Source: Bacillota bacterium (GTDB lineage Bacteria > Bacillota > GCA-003054495 > Carboxydocellales > JAJZSN01). From it: 24,000 nucleotides of DNA. Made by a program: the position numbers and the translations under genes. Of this stretch, positions 8,611-15,395 are shown one piece after another. Numbering within the stretch: the first letter of the stretch is position 1; every line of letters starts with the position of its first letter. The stretch is from contig JAJZSN010000001.1 in NCBI GenBank assembly GCA_021849745.1, positions 14,727 through 38,726 on the forward strand. Direction: 5' to 3'. The notes beneath the pieces were generated by a model. It searched no databases. It had not been told where the DNA came from and worked only from the letters and a program-made list of their open reading frames with translations.

Positions 8611-9519
8611 ATGAGTGAATTAGAAAGAAACTATAAAAATGAATTTAATATTGATTTAATTGAACCTTCGGAGTTATCACAGGAAGATTATCTGAAATTA
8701 ACTTATATTACATTGCTCCAGAGAAAAATAGATAAAGTAGGTTTTGAGTTTTGGAACCAAAAAATAAAAGATGGACATTATAACCATAAAGAATTAATTG
8801 ATAATTTATCTAGCAGTCCTGAGTTTATAATGCACTATAGGATTCCTTTTAGCACAGTACTCCATAAGGGAAGGCAACAATGGGTTAGTTCGCTAGAAAG
8901 GTTTGAAAATATATTTGATATTGGCGGGAGCAGCCCAAATATTGCAGAAGGGGCTCTTATAGAAATGGGTTACCCATATAGACCCAAAGAATTAATTATA
9001 TTTGATTTACCCGAGGAAAAACAGTATTGGGGTAAACCAAAATATCCACAAGATAGAGATTATTCTTACACATGGGGATTTGTAAAATTCGAACACGGAT
9101 TTATTGAAGATATTAACGAATATAATTCCTTAAGTGAAAAAACGTTTGACTTGATTTTTATGGGACAAGTTATTGAGCATATACAAAGAAACAAAATTGA
9201 TATAGTGTTGAATTGGATAAAAAAGCATTTAAAATCAGGAGGAAAATTTATATTCGATACTCCAAATAGAAATATTACTAAGATTCAATCTTCTAACGAA
9301 TTTATTGACAGAGATCATAAATACGAATATACACCTGAAGAACTGGAAGAAATACTCGTAAAATGTGGATTCAGAGTAACCCAAAAAACGGGAATATTAA
9401 ATATGCCGAACACTTTTTTGTCTAAACAATTTAATCCTTTGGAAGTATATGAATCAGAAATTATTAATAATACACCTGAGACAAGTTATGTTTTTGCATT
9501 TGAATGTATACCAATATGA
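8611..9519 (+). CDS. DUF4214-like N-terminal domain fused to class I methyltransferase
   Basis: The N-terminal 'YITLLQRKIDKVGFEFWNQKIKDGHYNHKELIDNLSSSPEF' resembles the DUF4214 repeat. The C-terminal 'IFDIGGSS', 'FDLIFMGQVIEHI' and 'GGKFIFDTPN' are methyltransferase motifs. SD GAGGTGA overlaps the stop of the preceding gene. Confidence 0.7.
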   Translation: MSELERNYKNEFNIDLIEPSELSQEDYLKLTYITLLQRKIDKVGFEFWNQKIKDGHYNHKELIDNLSSSPEFIMHYRIPFSTVLHKGRQQWVSSLERFENIFDIGGSSPNIAEGALIEMGYPYRPKELIIFDLPEEKQYWGKPKYPQDRDYSYTWGFVKFEHGFIEDINEYNSLSEKTFDLIFMGQVIEHIQRNKIDIVLNWIKKHLKSGGKFIFDTPNRNITKIQSSNEFIDRDHKYEYTPEELEEILVKCGFRVTQKTGILNMPNTFLSKQFNPLEVYESEIINNTPETSYVFAFECIPI

Positions 9520-9557
9520 AATCAAAATGACCTATACCTGGTTATAGCCGGTTATTG

Positions 9558-9873
9558 CTACCATATACATAAACCATGTGGCATCCTGCAATAGGTCATA
9601 TCGATTGAACAGACCTGATTTGGGTGGTCAATTTTCAAGCCTCTAAGTAGGTAAGGATACAAGTGTTTCTGATGTAGTCGCTTACTAAGGTTGGGGCCTG
9701 GGCAGAAGCCATGTATCCCCATTTCTCGCATATAGCGACGAGTTCTCTTGCGGTTTATTAAAATATCATAATCATTGTTCAGAATGACTGTCATCCGGCG
9801 ATATCCGTACTCTGGAGGAGCTGTGTAAAGTGTAAATCTCATCAATGATACCTTTGATTCGATATTCGGCATC
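9558..9873 (-). pseudogene. IS3-family transposase (OrfB) fragment, frameshifted and 3'-truncated
   Basis: '...PEYGYRRMTVILNNDYDILINRKRTRRYMREMGIHG...HPNQVCSIDMTY...' matches the N-terminal part of IS3 OrfB up to the start of the DDE (rve) core. The preceding 'DAEYRIKGIIDEIYTLH' lies in a different frame (shift near 9815-9825). The ORF stops at 9558, so most of the catalytic core is absent. No OrfA and no terminal repeats were identified. Confidence 0.7.
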
Positions 9874-9874
9874 A

Positions 9875-10476
9875 CTTCCATTCCGATAGTTCCAGTCGAA
9901 GCTCGCTGATGGAAGGGATTCTCCGGCCTAAGCATTGTCTGGTCATAGCACTTAACTCTATTTCAGCAATGTTGAACCAACTTCCGTGTTTAGGGGATAC
10001 TACGAAGATGGGGCTTGAGTTCGTTTTTTTAAAAGGCGTCCTACCGCCTCGTGGGATATACTGTCAACATACTGCAGTTCAACTGACTTATCTGCCAATA
10101 GCCTAAGAGACCATCTGGATCGTCCTGCGGGAGGGGGACTACAACTAAGAGCAATGATTTTTGCTTCGACTTCTCCTGTAATCTTAGGTTCCACTGGTGG
10201 CGTTTCACGCTTTTTCCTTGAGAGAGCAGCGTCAAGTCCTTTTTCTGAATACTCTTTTCGAATAGTGTGAACGGTCTGTTGGTGGACATTAAAAAGCTCT
10301 GCAATTTCGAGTTCGCTCTTTTTACCATTCGGATTATTTTCGTCGGCAGCTAACAATACATTGGCTCGCATGATGGATCTAGCAGATGCAGAACCTTTTG
10401 ATACAATGTCTAGCAAAGCGGTTCGTTCTTTCTTCGAAAGATGAACATGATATTTAATCTTTGGCATGGTATACAC
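9875..10476 (-). pseudogene. IS630-family transposase remnant (frameshift at A7 run plus internal deletion of DDE core)
   Basis: The N-terminal HTH region (MPKIKYHVHLSKKERTALLDIV...ISHEAVGRLLKK) is intact. At the homopolymer at 10024-10030 the expected continuation 'NELKPHLRSIP' is in another frame. A third frame then reads 'SPKHGSWFNIAEIELSAMTRQCLGRRIPSISELRLELSEWK' (9875-9997), the conserved C-terminal IS630 motif. Sequence between the W-IPP and TPKHGSW motifs appears deleted, with the junction around 9991-9997. Confidence 0.75.
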
Positions 10477-10503
10477 CCCCCATTCTTAAGGATAGTATAC
10501 CAT
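10466..10503 (-). promoter_or_regulatory. 9-bp inverted repeat able to sequester the SD and start codon of the IS630 transposase remnant
   Basis: ATGGTATAC (10466-10474) and GTATACCAT (10495-10503) are perfect reverse complements. They flank GGGGGGTG and overlap the ATG at 10474-10476. Confidence 0.3.
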
Positions 10504-10780
10504 AACAGTAATTTATATTATAGTTTTAGAGTTGACAAAATACTAGCTATGGTATTTAAAATCAACAATAATATTTAAATAATATTGTTCTTCTGTTATT
10601 ATGGCAATATAAGCAGCAATTAGAGCACAACATACGATTGGTGAACCTAATCCAATTCTGGGGATAAACCCAAAGCCTAACCTTGCTTTATATTGGGCTT
10701 ATTTTTTATTGTCTTTTTTAGCATTTTATGCTTTTTTCATAAGTTTATAAATTTTCATACTACGTCCCGGCGATAAGCGA

Positions 10781-10853
10781 ACTTGACGGTTGGCACAACT
10801 TTTGCCACTCATGACTCCTGCCCTCCCAGCAAAAGTTGTGCCAACCGTCAAGT
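10781..10853. repeat. 25-bp perfect inverted repeat (23-nt loop); each arm contains TGGCAC-N5-TTGC
   Basis: 10781-10805 (ACTTGACGGTTGGCACAACTTTTGC) is the exact reverse complement of 10829-10853. The loop, 10806-10828, is C-rich. Further out there is weaker symmetry: GGCGATAAG at 10769-10777 against CTTATCGGC at 10879-10887. Confidence 0.85.
10791..10805 (+). promoter_or_regulatory. Sigma-54 type -24/-12 consensus match (TGGCAC-N5-TTGC); function unproven
   Basis: TGGCACaacttTTGC, with GG at 10792-10793, GC at 10804-10805 and the canonical GG-N10-GC spacing. A mirror copy lies on the - strand at 10829-10843 (TGGCACaacttTTGCt). The two point towards each other. Confidence 0.2.
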
Positions 10854-11013
10854 CGGGTCGTAGGCGTAGCCGAAGCCACTTATCGGCTTGTTAACCGAAG
10901 TGTCGACCCCAATAAATGTTATGAATATTACTGGTATCTTTTTAATTAATTTGCAGGAATTTCCTCCTTTGTGACGAAATTGAAAAATACAGAGCGAGGA
11001 TGGAGGAAACTTC

Positions 11014-11265
11014 TTGACTATAAACAAAATTATTATTGTTGGAGTATATAACGATAAGTTCAATTCTCTGTTGGAATTATCATTACCAATAGCAGATATT
11101 CATGTTTATCCTGGTTTAGAAAAACATATAAAAAAGAAGCATGCAGATTACTTGCCATATGTCGAAAGAATTCCTGAAATCATTTCTAAACCAGATTACA
11201 TAGGAAAGCATCCAACGATTGAAAATAGTATTGAGTTGAATAATGCAAGGTTATGTTTGACTTAA
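11014..11265 (+). CDS. Truncated PBECR-like (phage Barnase/EndoU/ColicinE5-D/RelE-like nuclease family) N-terminal fragment
   Basis: TTG start 6 nt after GGAGGA. 'IHVYPGLEKHIKKKHADYLPYVERIPEIISKPDYIGKHPTIENSIEL' fits the H-x3-H ... PDYI pattern I associate with this phage or plasmid family. The 83-aa ORF ends abruptly, whereas family members are normally about twice as long. Confidence 0.4.
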   Translation: MTINKIIIVGVYNDKFNSLLELSLPIADIHVYPGLEKHIKKKHADYLPYVERIPEIISKPDYIGKHPTIENSIELNNARLCLT

Positions 11266-11411
11266 TTCCAATAGAAAAGTATAATTAAATTGAAGATAAC
11301 ATAGTTTAGAAAAGGATTGTTGAGGATCGGAAATGGTTCCCGACACGCTATCGAAAGATAGTTAACAGGTATGCTGGATACACCGCCCAGCCAACAATCC
11401 AACCTTATTTG

Positions 11412-11446
11412 AAAGACCTCGTTAATTACGGGGTCTTTTCTCTTTT
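11412..11446. terminator. Rho-independent terminator, probably bidirectional (+ strand transcript; also 3' of the GNAT gene)
   Basis: The stem AAAGACCTCG (11412-11421) pairs with CGGGGTCTTT (11429-11438), with one G-U pair, around the loop TTAATTA. It is followed by TTCTCTTTT on the + strand. It lies ~60 nt downstream of the GNAT stop on the - strand. Confidence 0.6.
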
Positions 11447-11499
11447 ACATTCCAGCCGGTTAGTTGGGCGAAGCGGAACCGCATATCCTCCTAATTGAA

Positions 11500-11973
11500 T
11501 TAAGTTATATGTTTTATAAACACAACCCGATCCTGATCTGGGCCATCATAATCCTTAAAAACATGTTCCCCGTTAACAATTAAATTACCTGGAACCGTGA
11601 CAAACTCCATCTTCTTATGAAAGGCAATTGATCCCTTATAAACAGGTGAGGTAACACAATGAACAGTAAGGCAATTTCTGACCTTAACCGCTTCAAAAAA
11701 CCTCTCATACATGTCCCTTCCCAAGCTTTTTCCTCTGTAATCGGGGTTCACACCGACAAAATGAATATAAGCTTCTGTAGGATAGGTCTGAGAAACAAAA
11801 CCACTTAGAAAGGCAATAATCCTTCCCTGGTCTTCATACACAAAGCTGGTTTCCTTAAAGTGCTTAAAAAACAGTCTGGGTAACATGTCCGCCATTTGGC
11901 GGCCACCCCACCAGTCGTTAAGAACACCAATAATCTTTTCATAATCGGCTTCTTCCAGATGCCGTATTACCAT
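11500..11973 (-). CDS. GNAT family N-acetyltransferase
   Basis: 157 aa. 'IAFLSGFVSQTYPTEAYIHFVGVNPDYRGKSLGRDMYERFF' is the acetyl-CoA-binding motif A region (R/Q-x-x-G-x-G/A-like RGKSLG). SD GGTGGAGG overlaps the ispG stop codon. Confidence 0.8.
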   Translation of the reverse strand: MVIRHLEEADYEKIIGVLNDWWGGRQMADMLPRLFFKHFKETSFVYEDQGRIIAFLSGFVSQTYPTEAYIHFVGVNPDYRGKSLGRDMYERFFEAVKVRNCLTVHCVTSPVYKGSIAFHKKMEFVTVPGNLIVNGEHVFKDYDGPDQDRVVFIKHIT

Positions 11974-11987
11974 AACACTACCTCCAC

Positions 11988-13052
11988 CTATACGCCACCG
12001 GCCAGCTTCTCTATCTCCTCCAGCAAGGTTTCCACCAACTGCTCCTCCGGAACCTTGCGGACGACCTCGCCTTTCTTAAACAGCAAGCCTACGCCTTTGC
12101 CGCCGGCGATGCCGATATCGGCTTCCCGGGCCTCGCCGGGGCCGTTGACCACGCAGCCCATGATGGCTACTTTGAGGGGTTTGTCCAGGTGTTGGATGCG
12201 TTGCTCCACTTCTTCGGCCACCTGGATGAGGTTGATTTGGCAGCGGCCGCAGGTGGGGCAGGAGATTAAGACGGGGCCTCGTTCTCGGAGACCCAAGGAC
12301 TTTAGAATCTCATAGCCTACCCTGATTTCATGGACGGGGTGGCCGGTGAGGGACACCCTGATGGTGTCGCCAATGCCTTGGGCAAGCAAGGCGCCGATGC
12401 CTACCGCCGATTTGATGGTGCCTGACTGGACGGTGCCGGCTTCGGTTACCCCGATATGGAGGGGATAATCTACTTTTTCTGCAAGCAAACGGTAAGCTTC
12501 CAACATCAAGGGGACATGAGAGGCCTTGAGGGATATCTTGATATCTTGGAAATTCAGTTTTTCCAGGATCTTCACATGGCCTAAAGCGCTTTCTACCATG
12601 GCCTCGGGAGTGGCATGTCCATAGCGCTCCAACAGTGTTTTTTCCAGGGAACCGGCGTTGACGCCGATTCTGATGGGGATGCCCTTATCCCTGGCGGCAT
12701 CCACCACTGCCCGTACTTTTTCCTCGGCGCCAATATTGCCGGGATTGATTCTTAAGCCGTCCACCCCATTGGCCATGGCCTCCAGGGCCAGCTTGTAATC
12801 AAAATGGATATCGGCGATTAAAGGAATGGTGATGCGGCTTTTAATCGCTTTAATGGCTGCGGCTGCTTCGGCATCCAGCACGGCTACCCGGACGATTTCA
12901 CAACCGGCGGCAGCCAGTTGGCTGATCTGTTCAACGGTAGCGGCCACATCCCTGGTATCTGTATTGGTCATGGACTGGACAGATATAGGGGCCTCTCCCC
13001 CTACTGCCACCGGGCCAACCTTAATCTGACGACTTTTTCTCCGCTGGTACAA
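11988..13052 (-). CDS. ispG: 4-hydroxy-3-methylbut-2-en-1-yl diphosphate synthase (flavodoxin/ferredoxin-dependent)
   Basis: 354 aa. '[24 protein letters not shown]' and the C-terminal cluster cysteines 'ISCPTCGRC ... [10 protein letters not shown]' are diagnostic of GcpE/IspG. TTG start 5 nt after AGGAGGA. Confidence 0.95.
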   Translation of the reverse strand: MYQRRKSRQIKVGPVAVGGEAPISVQSMTNTDTRDVAATVEQISQLAAAGCEIVRVAVLDAEAAAAIKAIKSRITIPLIADIHFDYKLALEAMANGVDGLRINPGNIGAEEKVRAVVDAARDKGIPIRIGVNAGSLEKTLLERYGHATPEAMVESALGHVKILEKLNFQDIKISLKASHVPLMLEAYRLLAEKVDYPLHIGVTEAGTVQSGTIKSAVGIGALLAQGIGDTIRVSLTGHPVHEIRVGYEILKSLGLRERGPVLISCPTCGRCQINLIQVAEEVEQRIQHLDKPLKVAIMGCVVNGPGEAREADIGIAGGKGVGLLFKKGEVVRKVPEEQLVETLLEEIEKLAGGV

Positions 13053-13066
13053 GATGATCCTCCTAT

Positions 13067-14179
13067 TTAAAAAATCTGGGTCCGTATATCGTTATAAGTA
13101 ATAACCACCATCAGCAGCAGCAGCAACCCGAAACCCACCAAATGGATCATGTTTTCCCTGGTGGGGTCCACCGGGCGGCCGCGGAGGACTTCCCATAAGA
13201 GGAAAAGCAGTCTGCTGCCATCCAAGGCAGGGATGGGGAAAAGATTGAACAGCCCCAGGTTGATACTCAAAACAGCGGTCATCTGGGCCAACATGAGGAT
13301 ACCGTGCTGGGCGGCCTTGCCTATCTCCATGGTAATCCTGACCGGACCACCGATTCCTTCACTGGGGGCCTTGGCGGTAATAATCTGACCCACCTGGTCA
13401 ACGATGAAACCGGTCACCTTAGCGGTGTATAACACACCGAGTACCGCTCCCCTGAAGAACCCAGGCTTGGTGGGTTCGATGCCAATGATACTCCGCTTGG
13501 TTTCAGGCTCCGTCACAGGAGTTACTTTAATATTTTTAACCTCTTCATCCCGCTTCACAGTCAAGGTTAATTCCTTTTTACCATGGGCCTCAATTAATTT
13601 AACCAATTCACCCCAACGGTCTATTTTCTCGCCATTAATGGCCACCACTAAATCACCGGGCTGTAAACCTACCTGGGCCGCCGGTTTATGGGGAAGAACA
13701 TTGCCAATCCTGGTAGTGGCTTCGGGATCACCCATGGACATGGCTACACCGGCGAAAAGCACGGCAGCCAGGACGAAATTCATCAAAGGACCGGCGAAAA
13801 TAACCGCCATTCTCTGCCACACTGTTTTCTTGTTAAAGCCCCGATCGCTGTCAAAATAGGGGTTGCTTTCAATACCTTCCTCGGCATGAACCTTGGCCCC
13901 ATCTTCCCCTAAGGCTTCAAGGGCTTCTTTTTTGGCCATTTCCTCATCCTCAACATCATCCATGCCGGCCATTTTCACAAAACCGCCTAAAGGGAACAGC
14001 CGCAGGTTATATGCGGTTTCCCCCCGTTTGATGCCAAAAACCTTAGGGCCAAAGCCCAGGCTGAATTCATAGACTTTGATATTCACCATTTTAGCCACTG
14101 CAAAATGGCCCAATTCATGGAAAAATATCAAAAGACCCAGGACGACTATAACCGAAATCGCAGTTAACACATTAATCAC
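13067..14179 (-). CDS. rseP: RIP (site-2) zinc metalloprotease RseP/RasP
   Basis: HELGH zinc motif at the N-terminus, a central PDZ-like segment ([16 protein letters not shown]), and the C-terminal [11 protein letters not shown] motif. GTG start abutting the dxr stop. Confidence 0.9.
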   Translation of the reverse strand: MINVLTAISVIVVLGLLIFFHELGHFAVAKMVNIKVYEFSLGFGPKVFGIKRGETAYNLRLFPLGGFVKMAGMDDVEDEEMAKKEALEALGEDGAKVHAEEGIESNPYFDSDRGFNKKTVWQRMAVIFAGPLMNFVLAAVLFAGVAMSMGDPEATTRIGNVLPHKPAAQVGLQPGDLVVAINGEKIDRWGELVKLIEAHGKKELTLTVKRDEEVKNIKVTPVTEPETKRSIIGIEPTKPGFFRGAVLGVLYTAKVTGFIVDQVGQIITAKAPSEGIGGPVRITMEIGKAAQHGILMLAQMTAVLSINLGLFNLFPIPALDGSRLLFLLWEVLRGRPVDPTRENMIHLVGFGLLLLLMVVITYNDIRTQIF

Positions 14180-15355
14180 CTACCATCCTTGAAATTGGCA
14201 AAGCCTGTTGACCTCGGCCCTGGACCATTTGTCTGCTGACAGTATCTCCTCCAGGGACGGGTTATGTACAACTTGGTGGGTATTCATCACCTGTTCTACC
14301 AACCTGGTGATACCGGTAAAACTAATTGCCCCTTTAAGGAAAAGTCCTACGGCAGCCTCATTGGCGCCGTTCATCACCGCCGGCATGGTACCTCCTGTTC
14401 GGCCTGCAGCAAAGGCATAGGCCAAACAAGGAAAAGCCTCCAGGTCAGGCCGGTCAAAGGTAAGCTCCCGCCAGACGGCAAAGTCCAAAGAAGGTATGTT
14501 ATTGGGCCAGCGCTGGGGGTAGGACAGGGCATACTGGATAGGTATACGCATATCAGTAATACCCATCTGAGCGATGATGGAACCATCCCGGTATTCCACC
14601 ATGGAGTGAATGATACTTTGGGGATGAATTATCACTTCAATCTGTTCAAAGGGTATATCAAAAAGCCAGTGGGCTTCAATAACCTCTAAACCTTTATTCA
14701 TCAAAGTAGCGGAATCAATGGTAATCTTCTGCCCCATTTCCCAACGGGGATGGCGTAAGGCCATCTCCAGGGTAACCTCCTGCAGCTGGGCCCAGGATTT
14801 ACCCCGGAAAGGCCCTCCGGAAGCGGTTAGGATAAGCTTACGTACTTCTTCCCTCCGGTTTCCTTCCAAGGCCTGAAAGATAGCTGAGTGTTCACTGTCC
14901 ACCGGATAAATGCTGATCTGCTTTTTCCGGGCCAGCTGGGAAACCAGGGAACCCGCTACTACCAAAGTCTCTTTATTGGCCAGGGCAATATTTTTCCCTG
15001 CTTCAATAGCTTTAATGGTAGGAATTAGGCCTACCGCACCGCTTACAGCGGTAACTACCATCTCTATTTCCGCCATGGTGGCGATTTGCACCAAACCATC
15101 CAGACCACAATAGATTTCTGTCCGGTAACCGGGTACCTCTACCGCCAGCGCTTCCCGCAACTGAGGAAGCAAAGATTCCTCCATAACGGAGATGGCCAGG
15201 GGACGAAACCGTTTAACTTGCTGAATTAATAAATCCAGATTATTGCCGGCCGCCAACCCCACCACTTCCAATTGATGGGGAAACTGTTCAACCACTTCCA
15301 AGGTTTGACGGCCAATGGAACCGGTGCTGCCTAATATGCTTATTTTTTTCTGCAT
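14180..15355 (-). CDS. dxr: 1-deoxy-D-xylulose-5-phosphate reductoisomerase
   Basis: 391 aa. N-terminal NADPH motif ILGSTGSIGRQTL, plus 'LANKETLV', 'PVDSEHSAIFQ' and 'ITIDSATLMNKGLEVIEA'. Confidence 0.95.
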   Translation of the reverse strand: MQKKISILGSTGSIGRQTLEVVEQFPHQLEVVGLAAGNNLDLLIQQVKRFRPLAISVMEESLLPQLREALAVEVPGYRTEIYCGLDGLVQIATMAEIEMVVTAVSGAVGLIPTIKAIEAGKNIALANKETLVVAGSLVSQLARKKQISIYPVDSEHSAIFQALEGNRREEVRKLILTASGGPFRGKSWAQLQEVTLEMALRHPRWEMGQKITIDSATLMNKGLEVIEAHWLFDIPFEQIEVIIHPQSIIHSMVEYRDGSIIAQMGITDMRIPIQYALSYPQRWPNNIPSLDFAVWRELTFDRPDLEAFPCLAYAFAAGRTGGTMPAVMNGANEAAVGLFLKGAISFTGITRLVEQVMNTHQVVHNPSLEEILSADKWSRAEVNRLCQFQGW

Positions 15356-15395
15356 CGGTGAAATCTCCTATGTGGTATAAAAATATCGTATTTAA

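Noticed and set aside
9909-10328. ORFs 9909-10106 (+) and 10041-10328 (-) within the IS remnants
   Set aside because: They are alternative-frame or antisense readings of the decayed IS630 gene. The real homology is explained by the three-frame reconstruction of the transposase.
10532-10560. + strand sigA-like promoter: TTGACA-17-TTTAAA, or TGgTATTTA with a 15-nt spacer
   Set aside because: The -10 element is weak or the spacing is off. No gene or convincing RNA lies downstream. At most a hairpin with a T-run sits near 10668-10705.
10562-10633. 23-codon Cys-rich mini-ORF on the - strand (MLCSNCCLYCHNNRRTILFKYYC)
   Set aside because: Tempting as a small peptide precursor, but it has no SD, sits in AT-rich spacer, and has no partner maturation genes. 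It is easily produced by chance.
10726-10894. Two mirror-image mini-ORFs starting in the palindrome loop (- strand ATG at 10812, 28 aa; + strand ATG at 10811, 27 aa)
   Set aside because: They are a by-product of the symmetry. The putative sigma-54 start points would fall downstream of their ribosome-binding sites, so promoter and ORF are mutually inconsistent.
10848-11063. 71-aa ORF on the - strand, running from the PBECR-like ORF's start region into the right arm of the palindrome
   Set aside because: It has no SD and an AT-rich, low-complexity translation. It overlaps the SD and start of the + strand ORF at 11014.
11314-11400. The GAAA-tetraloop hairpin (11348-11363) as group II intron domain V, or the whole element as a known riboswitch class
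   Set aside because: The stem cannot be extended to the ~14-bp bulged helix with the AGC triad that domain V requires. I found no match to the consensus cores of the riboswitch classes I can recall, including preQ1, ZTP, fluoride and c-di-GMP. It is kept only as an unclassified candidate.
11500-11973. The GNAT gene as the toxin of a GNAT/RHH toxin-antitoxin pair
   Set aside because: No small antitoxin ORF lies adjacent to it. The gene is translationally coupled to ispG. Its sequence looks like ordinary housekeeping-type GNATs rather than TacT- or AtaT-like toxins.
11896-15113. Many + strand ORFs of 60-150 aa (11896-12315, 12826-13029, 13149-13388, 13404-13859, 13688-13912, 14208-14420, 14264-14689, 14910-15113) that overlap ispG, rseP and dxr
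   Set aside because: They lie antisense to genes with unmistakable conserved motifs. Their translations are low-complexity, Pro/Ser/Thr/Ala-rich, with no recognisable motif. This is typical of shadow ORFs opposite GC-richer coding sequence.
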